Below the pieces are notes generated by a model, which ran no database searches, was not told the DNA's origin, and saw only the letters and a list, made by a program, of their open reading frames with translations. DNA of 64,000 nt from the human T2T-CHM13v2.0 reference genome, Homo sapiens. A program made the translations under genes and the position numbers. The stretch lies in assembly GCF_009914755.1 (NCBI RefSeq), contig NC_060934.1, one strand, 5' to 3'. Below are positions 52,501-64,000 of the stretch, one piece after another; positions within the stretch are counted from its first letter, which is position 1; each line of letters begins with the position of its first letter.

Positions 52501-53263
52501 AAATTTCTAAAACAGAAAGAAGCCATCCCATCCCCTTGGGTAATAGGTAATTAGTAGCAGGCATTTTACTAAAGGGATCGGAGAGATGCAAAGCTTTCCC
52601 AGCAAAGCGATTGATAGAGAACTGGCACTGACGGTGGACTGGGAACAAGCCATAAGCAATGACAATTAATGTTCTGCAAATCTCAAGGGTCCTGCGTACC
52701 AAGTGACCAACCATCTGTATGGTCAGGAGCAGACCAGGAAAACAGGAAACATGTCAGGTATTTACAACAGGGGAAGTGTAAGACAGGGAATTTAGGACGC
52801 AGATGGTATGGAGGAGCCCAGAAGCCAAATATGGTTATTTCAATAAAGTACCCCAGAGATTAGCAAGGGGCGGGAGCTACTACCCTGCCAGGCTGGAAAA
52901 ACGGAGGGAAGAGATGGTGTTACTGGAGCCCAATGTAATCTGGAATCAAGTGGGAGTGAAGCTTGGAGGAGCTGCTGCCTGAAAGACACCCCAAGGCAGA
53001 GAGTCAGGAGGAGAAGGACCCTGGCTGCCTCCTCTTCCCCACCCTCCAGTACGATCTCTCTTGCCTCCCATAGGCTGACATGGGAGTCTGGGAAGTGCAG
53101 CTTGTAGGGTGGTCTCTGCTGTGATACAGAGCTGGGAAAGGGCACAAGGTATCTCAGTGGCACCTTAGCACACAGTGGTGAGGCACGCTGCCCAGGAGAA
53201 GATCAGCAGAGCATCTCAAGGGGATAAGAAAGTTAGGTAGGTTTATCAGCAAGAGTGACATGA

Positions 53264-53568
53264 GGCCAGTTGCAGTGGCTCACACCTGTAATCTCAGCTC
53301 TTTGGAAAGCTGAGGCTGATGGATTGCTTGAGCCCAGGAGTTCAAGACTTGCCTGGGCAACATAGTGAAACCTCACCTCTACAAAAAATACAAAAATTAT
53401 CTGGGCATGGTGGTGCACGCCTGTAGTTCTAGCTACTAGGGAGGCTAAGGGGAAGGATGGGTTGAACCCAGGAGGTGGAGGCTGCAGTGAGCCACGATCA
53501 CATCACTGCACTCCAGCCTGGGCGACAGAGCCAGGCCCTGTCTCAAAAAACACAAACAAACAAAAAAA
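53264..53568 (+). mobile_element. AluJ, full length
   Basis: ggattgcttgagcccaggagttcaag and gaggctgcagtgag diagnostics; TSD aagagt(g/a)acatgag. Confidence 0.9.
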
Positions 53569-54159
53569 GAGTAACATGAGTCATTTATTGATGACATCAT
53601 GTGCCAAGGGATACTTGATTTCACGGAAACTTTTATGACAGTATTGTGAAGTAAGTGTCCTTATCCCATTTTTAGGTATGAGGAGACTGAGGCTCAGACA
53701 CTGAATAACTTGCCCAAGCTCTCAGTCACTCAGTGGAGTGGAGGCCAGGTCTGTGCCACTCAAAGCTTCACTTCTTACCACCGCAATGTGGCCCCTGCTC
53801 AGCCATGCCTGGGCCAAGTGAAGGGCAGATTGACAATATCAGAATCCCCTGAAAATCATTAATAGTAAGGTCACTGAGTTGTAAAATGTCTAGAATTTGT
53901 ACTTCATGAATTGGTTCAGCAAATTCTTCTCATTCTCAGCAAATTCTTTTATAGGCATCATAAAGTGACCCCTCCAGGTATTATTTTGGCCAACTACCCA
54001 AACTGGGAATATCCCTTCTGACAGCCTAACTGAGGTTCTGGTCCCCAAAGTGGGAACTTCTAGGAGAGCAGAACCCTATAAACAAGGCTTATTCTGTTTT
54101 GTTTGTTTGTTTTTAGCAATTTTAGTCGTTGTGTAGAAGAATCTCATTATCCTTTCTTT

Positions 54160-54465
54160 TTCTTCTTCTTTTTTTTTTTTTTTTGGTGAGACAGTCTCTT
54201 GCTCTGTCACTGAGGCTGGAGTGCAGGGATGCAATCACAGCTTATTGCAGCCTTGACCTCCTGGACTCAAGCGATCCTCCCACCTCAGCCTCCCAAGTAG
54301 CTGGGACTGCAAGTACATGCCACATGCCTGGATAATTTTTGTATTCTTTGTAGAGATAGGGTTTCACCATGTTGCCCAGGCTGGTCTTGAACTCTTAAGC
54401 TGCATTCCACCTGCCTCAGCCTCCCAAAAGGCTGGGATTACAAGCGTGAACCACCATGCCTGGCC
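54160..54465 (-). mobile_element. AluJ inserted in an old L1
   Basis: gcagccttgacctcctggactcaagcgatcctcccacctcagcc; TSD tctcattatccttt on both sides. Confidence 0.9.
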
Positions 54466-55107
54466 TCTCATTATCCTTTTAATTTTCATTTCTCTGATGA
54501 CTAATGATGTAGAGTATCTTTCAGTGTTCTTATTGTCTATCAGTATGTCTTCTTTTGAGAAGTGTCTGTTCAAATCTTCTGTCTGTTGTTTTCATTGGGT
54601 TCTTTGTCTTCTTATTGAGTCATAAAAGTTCTTTATATATTCTGTATGCACATTCTTTTTAAGCTATACATATTGTGAATTTTTTCTTATTGTCTGTTGG
54701 TTGCCTGCTATTTTTCTTAATTGTGTCTTTTGAAGAGCAGAAGTTTTTATTTTGATGAAATCCACTTTATTTCTTCTTCTTCTTTTTTTTTTTTATATGT
54801 GTGTATGTGGGTGTGTGTCCCATCTAAGAAATCTTAGCCTAAGCTAAGATCTGAAAGTTTTCCCCCATCTTTTCTTCTAGAAATTTTGTAATTTAAACTT
54901 TTGTGCTTAGGCTTATAATTCATTTTGAGCTTTTTTTTGTGCATTTGTGAGCTGTGGAGCAAAATTCATTTTTTTCTGAATAACTTTCCATTTGTTCCAG
55001 CACCATTTGTTGACAAGACTATCCTTTCCCTATTGAATTGTTCTGGTACCTCTGTCAAACATCAGTTAACCACACTGTTTTAATTGCTGTAGTTTTCCAA
55101 GTAAGTC

Positions 55108-55150
<43 letters not shown>

Positions 55151-55425
55151 ATCTATCTATCTATGACCTGTATAACTTATATAGTAAGAAATCAAGTAAC
55201 GCAACTCCTTTTCTTTTTTCCTCTTGGTCAACATTCTTTAGGCTATTCAAAGTTCTTTGCATTTCCGTGTCAGTTTTAATCATCAGCATTTCAATTTCTA
55301 CAAAGAAGCCTGTGAGGAATTGTATGGAATTGCATTAAATCTATAATTTGGAGTGAATCAACATCATAACAATATTGAGTCTTTCAACCCATGAATATAG
55401 TATATATCCCTCCATTTATTTAGTT
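54466..55425 (-). mobile_element. old L1 (L1M) ORF2/3' fragments
   Basis: catttctctgatgactaatgatg...tcttcttttgagaagtgtctgttca and ccagcaccatttgttga match antisense L1 ORF2. Confidence 0.8.
55108..55164. repeat. (ATCT)n tetranucleotide STR
   Basis: About 14 units with one interruption. Confidence 0.95.
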
Positions 55426-56965
55426 TATTTCAGAAGTTACTTGTCTCTAATACAATGCTGAAGTTTCTCTGTTACTTGTTTTATTGATCTCCACTCCTAT
55501 ATTTATTTTTCCCTCTTCCTGTTAGCTTTGAATTTAAATGGTATGCTCATTATTGTTACTATTTTTGTGTTGCAATTTGGTAGATGTTTTCATATTGCTC
55601 TCATGGAGTAGTCTATTTGGATTTTCACCAGCAATATAACTGTGAGCCTTTTTCCTATATTTTTGGCAACTGTTTGATCTTTACATATTTGGTGGGTAAT
55701 CTTCGTTTCTTTTAATATGCATGAGGGTGGCCATCTTTTCATAAAGTTAAGAGCCTTTAGCACTGTACTTCCTTTTCTGTGAAATGTCCATTCATGACTT
55801 TTTCTCTACTTTTTATTATTTAAAGAATACCAAATACATATATAAATAAATGAGAGGGTTGAACTGGCTCTTTTAAGTCCCAACACACTCTAAAATTTTA
55901 AAGCAAAACCACTCCAGTGCACGTCAAATCAACAAACAACACACCCCAAAGATATAAATGGCTCTTGATCTATTGGAGCAGAGACCTGAATGGAGGAAAA
56001 AAACCAAGATAAGTGTAAGATTCAGAATTTGGATGAGTCCAAATGCAATCCCTTAATAAGAAACCAGGGAAGAGTGACTTCTTGACACACGTGAAACAGA
56101 CCTAGTTGGCTGAAAGAAAGCCCAGTATGTGTCACAAGTGTGGGAGGAAGTGCCTTTCCAGTGTCAGGCTGTGAGGATGGAAATGCGGTTGCTGGGGAGG
56201 GAAGGATTTCTCTGTGGTGGACTGGTGAGAATTCCACACTGGCTTCTGTCCTTGGTTGTTGGATCTCTGAAAAGAAGTGGAAACCTTTCCAGAGAAGAGA
56301 GCTCAAGTTACTAAAGAGACTTGAAACCGGGCCATGTGAGAAGTGATGGAAGGCACTGGGGACACCCAACAGAAGGCAGAAGGTTAGGGTCCCATGAGCC
56401 AAGTCCTCAAATGAGGGAAGACCTTTCCTTGGGAAGAACGGGTTCTGCTTGTCTCAAAGAGGGAGATTAAAGATCTACAGCTAGAGTAAGCAGGGAAATA
56501 AATATCAGTTCACTTTAAGAACTTTCCAATAGAGCTGCCCAAAGATGACAGATGCTTCCCTAGAGAGTGCTGAGTTCTTTATCATCAGAAGTATGCAAGT
56601 ATAGGCTACAACTCTTCCAGTGGGGAGGGCTTCAAGTATCTTGTGTACTAGTTAGCCTGTGAGATCTCTTGCAATTCTGGTACTCTCTGATTTCTACCCC
56701 TTTCTATAGACATCGAAAACCAGGCTCCAACAGAAGGCCTTGCAGTGGGATTAAATGACTGAAAAATGGCAAAGCCAGGTCTAGAACATAGGTTTTGAAA
56801 GTCTTGGTGGAATTTATTCTAATCCATTTCCATCTATACAATCTTGGGACAAGACTAAGCAAGACACTTCTGGAAAGTTGTCAGTGAGGGGAGGATTCTG
56901 ACATCACGGACATACCTGGAACCCAAATTCAGGAGAACTGAGATTGAATTCTGGTTCCCCCATCC

Positions 56966-57272
56966 TTTTTTTTTTTTTTTTTTTTTTTTTGAGACGGAGT
57001 CTCGCTCTTTCACCCAGGCTGGAGTGCCGTGGCGCGATCTTGGCTCACTGTAATCTCTGCCTCTTGGATTCAAGCAATTCTCCTGCCTCAGCTTTCCAAG
57101 CAGCTAGGACTACAGGCGCCTGCTACCATGCCCGGCTAATTTTTGTATATTTACTGGAGATGGGGTTTCACCGTGTTGGCAAGACTGGCCTCAAACTCCT
57201 GACCTCAGGTGATCCACCTGCCTTGGCCTGCCAAAGTGCTGGGATAACAGGCGTGAACCACCGTGCCTGGCC
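56966..57272 (-). mobile_element. AluS(x)
   Basis: T25 followed by the full Alu consensus in reverse. Confidence 0.92.
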
Positions 57273-57317
57273 CTCATTTAGATTTATTAAACTTTCATGG
57301 TTTGTGCTTTCCATACG

Positions 57318-57445
57318 TTTTGTTTGAGGCAAGGTCTCTCTGGAGTAGAGTGGTGCAAGCCTTGAACTCCTGGGCTCAAATGACCCTTCTACCCCGGCCT
57401 CCCAAAGTGCTGGGATTACAGGCATAAGCCATGGCACCCGCACCC
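57318..57445 (-). mobile_element. FLAM / Alu monomer
   Basis: cttgaactcctgggctcaa...ggcctcccaaagtgctgggattacaggc. Confidence 0.75.
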
Positions 57446-57719
57446 CCACTGCCATCTTTATTATGCCAGTCGTTTCATCTTTTCCAGTCTTAATCCCCTT
57501 ATATACCAAATATTGGTGATCTCAAGTGGCACCATCTCTGCTCAGCCAGCCTCTGGAACTTCCCTTTCCTCAAAAATTCCTGTAGGATTTATTGTCTACA
57601 CCAACTACTATATCCCCTTCCTTATGATTCTTCCCCAAGTGTGTGCATGGTGAGGACAGGGGCCAGACCTTATTGTTGCTTGCATCCCTGAAGCCTCTTA
57701 TGTAGCAGCTGGCACTTAG

Positions 57720-58058
<339 letters not shown>

Positions 58059-58734
58059 AAGGGTCTTGTTTTCTAACATCCCCTCAACTCCTCTTCCTGG
58101 GGCCTGGGGAAGTTCTATGGGCTAATGAATGAGATCTCTCTTTACATGTGTTAAGAGAATGTAATAACTCAATAAAGGTGCTCTGCAAGATAGAAAGACA
58201 ATCCGGCCATCTGCTCTGCCCAGGTGGTTCAAATCAACATGTTTCACAAGGAAGTTTTACCCAGTTACCTCGAAAGTGTTCTGCTGTCTTAACTGCTAGA
58301 AGAGGTTTAATCATAAAAATGTGTCCTGGACAACAGTCCCTGTCAGATATGGATATCATCCAATAGTGCTGTTTTCAACCTTGACTGTAAGATCCTAGTG
58401 ACATTGGATATCAGAAATGACGACAAGTGTCAAAACAGGCAAAATCTAATGCTTCTATTCTGACAAATGTAGCCCAGTGGCCTCAGGGCTTTGTTTTCTG
58501 TGGGAAGACAAAACCTTATGCCCATGGCATCTTTTTGGCCATTTCTACTATGGGACCTGGGAGCAGAGAAGCTTCTGGGAAAGTGCTGGTCACCTTGCAG
58601 GGCAAGACTGGCTGACCTGCTTGTTACTTCTAGCTTTGAAGTGATGGAGCCGGGGTGGAGGAAATGGAAAGATCAGGGGGCCAGGGTGGCAGGTTGTAGC
58701 AGATTACAAAATTGGACTGGATTCTTTACTTCTA

Positions 58735-59597
58735 TGTAGGAGTATTCCACAACCACACCTGACATGGTTTTGTGGTATACAAGGGATATCTCCCTGCCTT
58801 TTGACTTCAGGCTTAGCTGTGTAACTTGCTTTGGACAATGAGATGTTCACAGTTGTGATGTAAGCAGAAGATTGAATGTTATTGAACAGTTGAGCTCTCT
58901 CTGTTGTACTTCTGCCATTGCTAGGAAAAGCATGTGCTCTGTGTAGCCACTGCCCTTTTGGTCTAGACCCCAAAAGGAGACACGTGGAAGACAGCAATCC
59001 CAGCTGAGCCTAAAACACAACTGAACCCCAACTGACCCACAGACCTGCAAGCAAGAAAAATTAATATGTGTTGTAAGGCACTGATTTTTAAAAAAATTTA
59101 ATAATTTTTAGTTCCAAGATACATGTGCAGGACATGCAGGTTTGTTACATAGGTAAACATGTGCCATGGTGGTTTGCTGCACCTATCAACTCATCATGTA
59201 GGTATTAAGCCTGCATGCATTTGGTATTTTCCTGATGCTTTCCCTTCCTTCCATCTGACAGGCCCCAGTGTGTGTTTTTCCCCTCCCTATGTCTGTGTGT
59301 TCTCACTGTTCAGCTCCCACTTATAAGTGAGAACATGTGGTGTTTGGTCTTCTGTTTCTGTGTTAGTTTGTTGAGGATAATGGCTTCCAGCTCCATCCAC
59401 GTCTCTGCAAAGGACATGATCTCATTCCTTTTTATGGCTGCATAGTATTCTACAGTGTATATGTACCACATTTTCTTTATCCAGTCTATCACTGATGGGC
59501 ATTTGGGTTGATTCCATGTCTTTGCTGTTGCGAATAGAAGGCACTGATATTTTCAGGTTGTTTGTTATGCAGCATTATGTGTCAATAGCCAATACAA
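58735..59597 (+). mobile_element. MLT1-type MaLR LTR split by an L1 insertion
   Basis: cttagctgtgtaacttgctttggacaatgagatg...atgtgttgtaaggcactga, resuming after the L1 as ...gttgtttgttatgcagcatt...aataca. Confidence 0.65.
59086..59537 (-). mobile_element. 5'-truncated L1PA 3' end
   Basis: Encodes the ORF2p C-terminus (WIKKMWYIYTVEYYAAIKRNEIMSFAETWMELEAIILNKLTQKQKTKHHMFSLISGS) plus the L1 3'UTR; TSD AAGGCACTGAT at 59075-59085 and 59538-59548. Confidence 0.93.
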
Positions 59598-59794
59598 AGG
59601 TGAAAGCTTGTATGTGTGTGGGGTCATGTTGGATAGAAGGTTCCAGTTTCTTTCTTAGGATTCCGGCCAGACCCGATAGCTCTCAACCAGCTGCTTCTTG
59701 ATCTCTCTGGCTACCCTGGTGGTCTTCAATGCTCTGCTTCTCCAAGGAGTTTATGGAACATGGGCCTAGTCAAGCCTGTTCCAAGTCATCAAGT

Positions 59795-60227
59795 ATGGTA
59801 AGTTGTTGCATTAATGTCCCCCAATAAATTATGTCTCCTCTGTCAATGCCCTTGTGCAATCCCTTCCTAGGTTGACTCTGACCTGACCTTGGCTGTGTGA
59901 CTTGCCTTAGCCAGCAGATAGTAAATGTGCGATGTTGTCTTAAGTTCATGTGCATTGGGCTTGTGTTCTTTTGCTGCTGGAAGCTCATCTGCTGTTTTGT
60001 GGAAAAACCAGGCTTAGCCTCCTTGAGGATGAGAGGCTATGTGGAGAGAGGTCCCAGTCATCTCAGCAGTCCCAGACATGAGCGAGGCTGTTCTAGACCA
60101 TCTGGTTCTAGTCAAGCTACCTAGACCAGAACTGGAGGCCACCCACAGAATTATGAGGACTAGTATGTGTTTGTTAAGCTACTACATTTTGAGGTGATTG
60201 GTTATGCAGCAAATGCTAACTTATACA
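59795..60227 (+). mobile_element. MLT1-type MaLR LTR
   Basis: ttggctgtgtgacttgccttagcca...tgttaagctactacattttgaggtgattggttatgcagcaaatgctaacttataca. Confidence 0.65.
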
Positions 60228-61059
60228 CCTAGGCAAAACACAGTTTGGAAAATCAGTGAGGCATCATTCATGCATGAACACATACTTACTAAGATCTTAC
60301 TAAGTTCTAGACATTGTGCTTTGGGTTGGGCTTGAGATCTCCAGCTAGGAGACAAGTTTTGCTCTCCAAATGCAGAACTGGAGGCAGATGGCATTGCAAG
60401 AACTTTGTCTAAAGTACAACCAGGGCGAGGTCGACGCATGGTGGACATTGGCACAGCAGAGAGCAAGGTATGTAAGGCAGAGAAAGGCAAGCCAAGGAAA
60501 CACTGATTACCACCAAGGCAGAGGGCTGAGGTTCAGGTACAAATTAGGCTGACTTTGAGGGCAGCAGCAAGTGAGGAAGACACAAGGCCCTAGAACTTGG
60601 GAGATGCCTTCTCCAGGCAGGAACTCTTGCTCCTTAACTGCTAGAACAGAATGAAAGTCATTCCTGACATCTGTTGGACACCCTCATATGTGGTTTCTCC
60701 TTTGATTCTCATGACCCTGTGAGCAGGTGGTCCAGATATTTTTAGCTCCACTCTACCAAAGTGGAGCTGAGGTAGAATGACTTGCCTAGGATCACACACC
60801 ACTAAGAGGCAAAGCTGGTACTCTGCCTGAGTCAGGGCCTACTTTGTATACCTGTCCACTGCAGTGAAAATCTTTCAGGACCAAGTGCTCAGCATTGGTC
60901 CCCCAATAGTCCTGGAAGATCTGGACAATGCAGGACCTAGGGGGGAATAAGTAGTGTCAGTGTCGCCCAGGGCCAGGATTCAGGGTCAAGGGAGTTGGTT
61001 GGGTCCCAAGGACCCCGGAAGGAGAGATTGTGCAGTGAGTAGGGAAGACATTAACCAGT

Positions 61060-61275
61060 TAGTGACCAAACCAACATCCCTACTGCCTACTTACCCAACC
61101 ATCAGCCAACCATTCATTCCCCCATCCACCTATTCACCCATCCACCCATCCAATCATTCACCCAGCCAGTCAACTACCCATCCACCTGTTAACCAACTAC
61201 CCACTCATCCATCCAATTAAGCAACTATTCAATCAATCAACCATTCAAACAACTAACCAGTCAGCCAATCTGCCA
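61060..61275. repeat. degenerate (CCAT/CCAA)n low-complexity repeat
   Basis: Seen directly. Confidence 0.8.
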
Positions 61276-61645
61276 GCAGATAGCTGAGCATCTAAGTATT
61301 TAAGTATTCAAGTATTCGTTAAATCCTGCCATGGGCAATGCTTGGTGCTAGAAATAAGGGACATATAAAAGTGAGACTGAGTCTCACTCTACTCCTTTTA
61401 TTCCTTCACCCTCCATATCTATTCCATCAGCAAGTAGTTAAACACATCTACCTTCTAACATACATTTCACATTTGATCCCTTCCATCCATCTCCACTGCT
61501 TCCTTCCAAGTCCAAACCTCCACCATCTTTCCTTGGCTCCCGAAGTAGCCTTTTGTCTGGTGCTTCACATTCCACTCCTGCATTTTGATGGTGCAATGGG
61601 TCACCTCCCTGTCCTGCCTAAGGCCTTCCAGTGGTTTTCTTATCA

Positions 61646-61971
<326 letters not shown>

Positions 61972-64000
61972 AGAAATAAACCCAGGCTTCTCATCAGGGC
62001 TTCCACGGCCTTCCAAGATGGCTGCATTGGAGATACCTCCAGTCTCCCTTTCTCCCACACCTTCCCCTCTTTACCCCAACCCACCTTTGCCAGGCTTCTT
62101 TCTATTACTCACACCCGCAAGTTTGTTCCTGTCTTGGTCTTCTCACCTGCTTTGCATTCTGAAATGGTCTATTCTCAGATCTCAACACAGCCACTGCCTC
62201 TTCAAGAGGCCAGCCTCCATTCAGGTTATCACCTCGGCAGAGAGGCCTTCCCCAAGCACCTGCTCTTATGGCCACTCCGGTCACTCTCTTACCATCCTGT
62301 TTCATGCTCTGAACAGCATATATCATTCTTGAGTTTATTTCCTATGTGTTTACTTGGTTGGTTGTCTGTATCTACCTTTAGAATCAGCTGGGAAGAGCAA
62401 GGGCCTTGCCTGTCTCACTTACCACAGTACCTCTGGGGCCTAGAACCATGGCTAGCTCATCGCAGGCCCTCAGGGAATGGCCATTATTGATATTATGGCC
62501 ACCATCTGCTTTCTCCTCCCTGCCTTTTTCCTTTTGTCCCAGAATGCACTGGTAAGTGCTATTCCACTGCAGGGCATCCTTGCTCTTTCTGAGACAAGGT
62601 GTAGTCTGCGCTTTGCCATTTTCCTCTCTGCAGGCCCCCTGAGGGATGTACACCCAGACATGAGCCTGGGAGGGCATGTGCCGACCCACCTCATGTTCAG
62701 GCCCAGCCCTGGTGGGATTTTGGCACTTTGATGTGGTGGACTCACTGCCTACAGCACTGGCTCCCATCCCCACTGACGGCCTCAAGGCTTGGTGATCTGA
62801 CTCCGAACAGCAGTGACCCTGAGTTCTAACTTGGAGAGCCCTGTGACCACAAGACCTAATGGCCCCAGGCTGCAGAGATGTGGAAATCCTTGGGTCTGCT
62901 TTTGATGACTTTCTGTTATGCTGTCAATTGTCATCACTTGTTGCCATCAAGTCTCCCCTTCAATATACTGCTTCTAATCACACTGATTTCTCTTGTAGTA
63001 AAATGGGAATAAACAGCTGCTGCTTCTGTGATATCAGGCATTCGGTCCATAGACACCGTTGGGGTCTCTCCTGTGCACACTGTGTATGGGGAAATGAGAG
63101 ATATCCAACACCACAGAGGGTCTGTGCCCTTAGGACCCTGCCATTAAGTGGTGGTAATAAGATAGAAGCATCCACAAAGAGTGACCAGAGGGGCCAATTG
63201 GGAAAAGCTCTCTAGGGGGTCAGATGGACCTAGAGAGGAACCTTGGAAGTTGGCACCTTCTAACCCAGAATGGGGAAGAATTCATTGTTGGAGAAAGTTG
63301 GAGGTGATTTTGGGGTCCTGCCTTGTTGCTGGGGAGATGTGGCTCATAAACCAGCAGTTGAGGCAGACTGGGATAGGAGTTTTCTGGCAATAGCCCTGCC
63401 CTCTCCATGTCCCAACTCAGGGTCCAGCAAGTCCCCATCAGTGCGGTCTATGGATTAGAGTCAAATCTGATTCTCAGTCCCTGGCCATGGTGGCGTCTCT
63501 GCATCACCATGATGCAAACATTTGTATAGAGTCTACCTTGTGTGCAGGCCACTGTGCCCTGAGCACAAAGATGGCAGGATGTGGCTTGGGATCCTATATA
63601 CTTAGTGTGAGTTCTGCTCTGCCCCTTCCTGGGTGTTTGTGAGGTTTAAAATATAATGTCTTTTGAATAGTTAATACCTTTACATGGTTTAATACTTCAA
63701 GGTACATCTGATGAAATTCTTATCAACTTTGTCCCCAGATGTCCAGCCCTCCTGCCTAGAAGGTGCTTGCAAGAAGAAGTAACCACTCTCCTTGGTATCT
63801 TATTTCAGGGATTAAAAGTATTTCAGGGATTGAAATATATATGCAAGCAAATATGAATATGGAGTCTCATTTCTCCCTTTCGCATAAAAGGTAATACATT
63901 AGATACTCTGTAATTTTCTCTCTTCAGAATATATCTTGGAGATCTTTCCATTTCTATTCAGAGAGTCCTGGCTTATTTGTTTGTTTGTTTCATAGCTACA

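Noticed and set aside
59310-59492. ORF resembling a reverse-transcriptase protein C-terminus
   Set aside because: Remnant of L1 ORF2 in a 5'-truncated element, not a gene.

Overview
Primate (very probably human) genomic DNA containing the complete EMX2 homeobox gene on the + strand. The three coding exons are 17650-18055, 20015-20199 and 22448-22615 (759 nt, 252 aa), with GT-AG introns and a poly(A) signal at 23900. The gene sits in a cluster of CpG islands inside a long Alu-free interval (about 4.4-31.6 kb). From prior knowledge of the locus, the antisense lncRNA EMX2OS starts head-to-head with EMX2 and runs leftwards on the - strand; several strong minus-strand splice sites fit this. Just 3' of the gene are AT-rich blocks dense in OTX, TCF, SMAD, SOX and homeodomain motifs, consistent with the known 3' forebrain enhancer region. 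The distal half is gene-free and carries Alu, L1, L2, MIR, MaLR and hAT elements plus simple repeats. Almost all ORFs in the supplied track are spurious. I cannot establish a new biological system from sequence alone. The best leads are: unused strong splice sites around EMX2 (an upstream 5' exon, a recursive-type AG|GT site, a downstream terminal exon), an inverted pair of PBX-MEIS/PREP decamers in the 3'UTR, and a complex templated duplication with a perfected palindrome at 40-42 kb. Repeat subfamily calls and most repeat boundaries were made by eye and are approximate.
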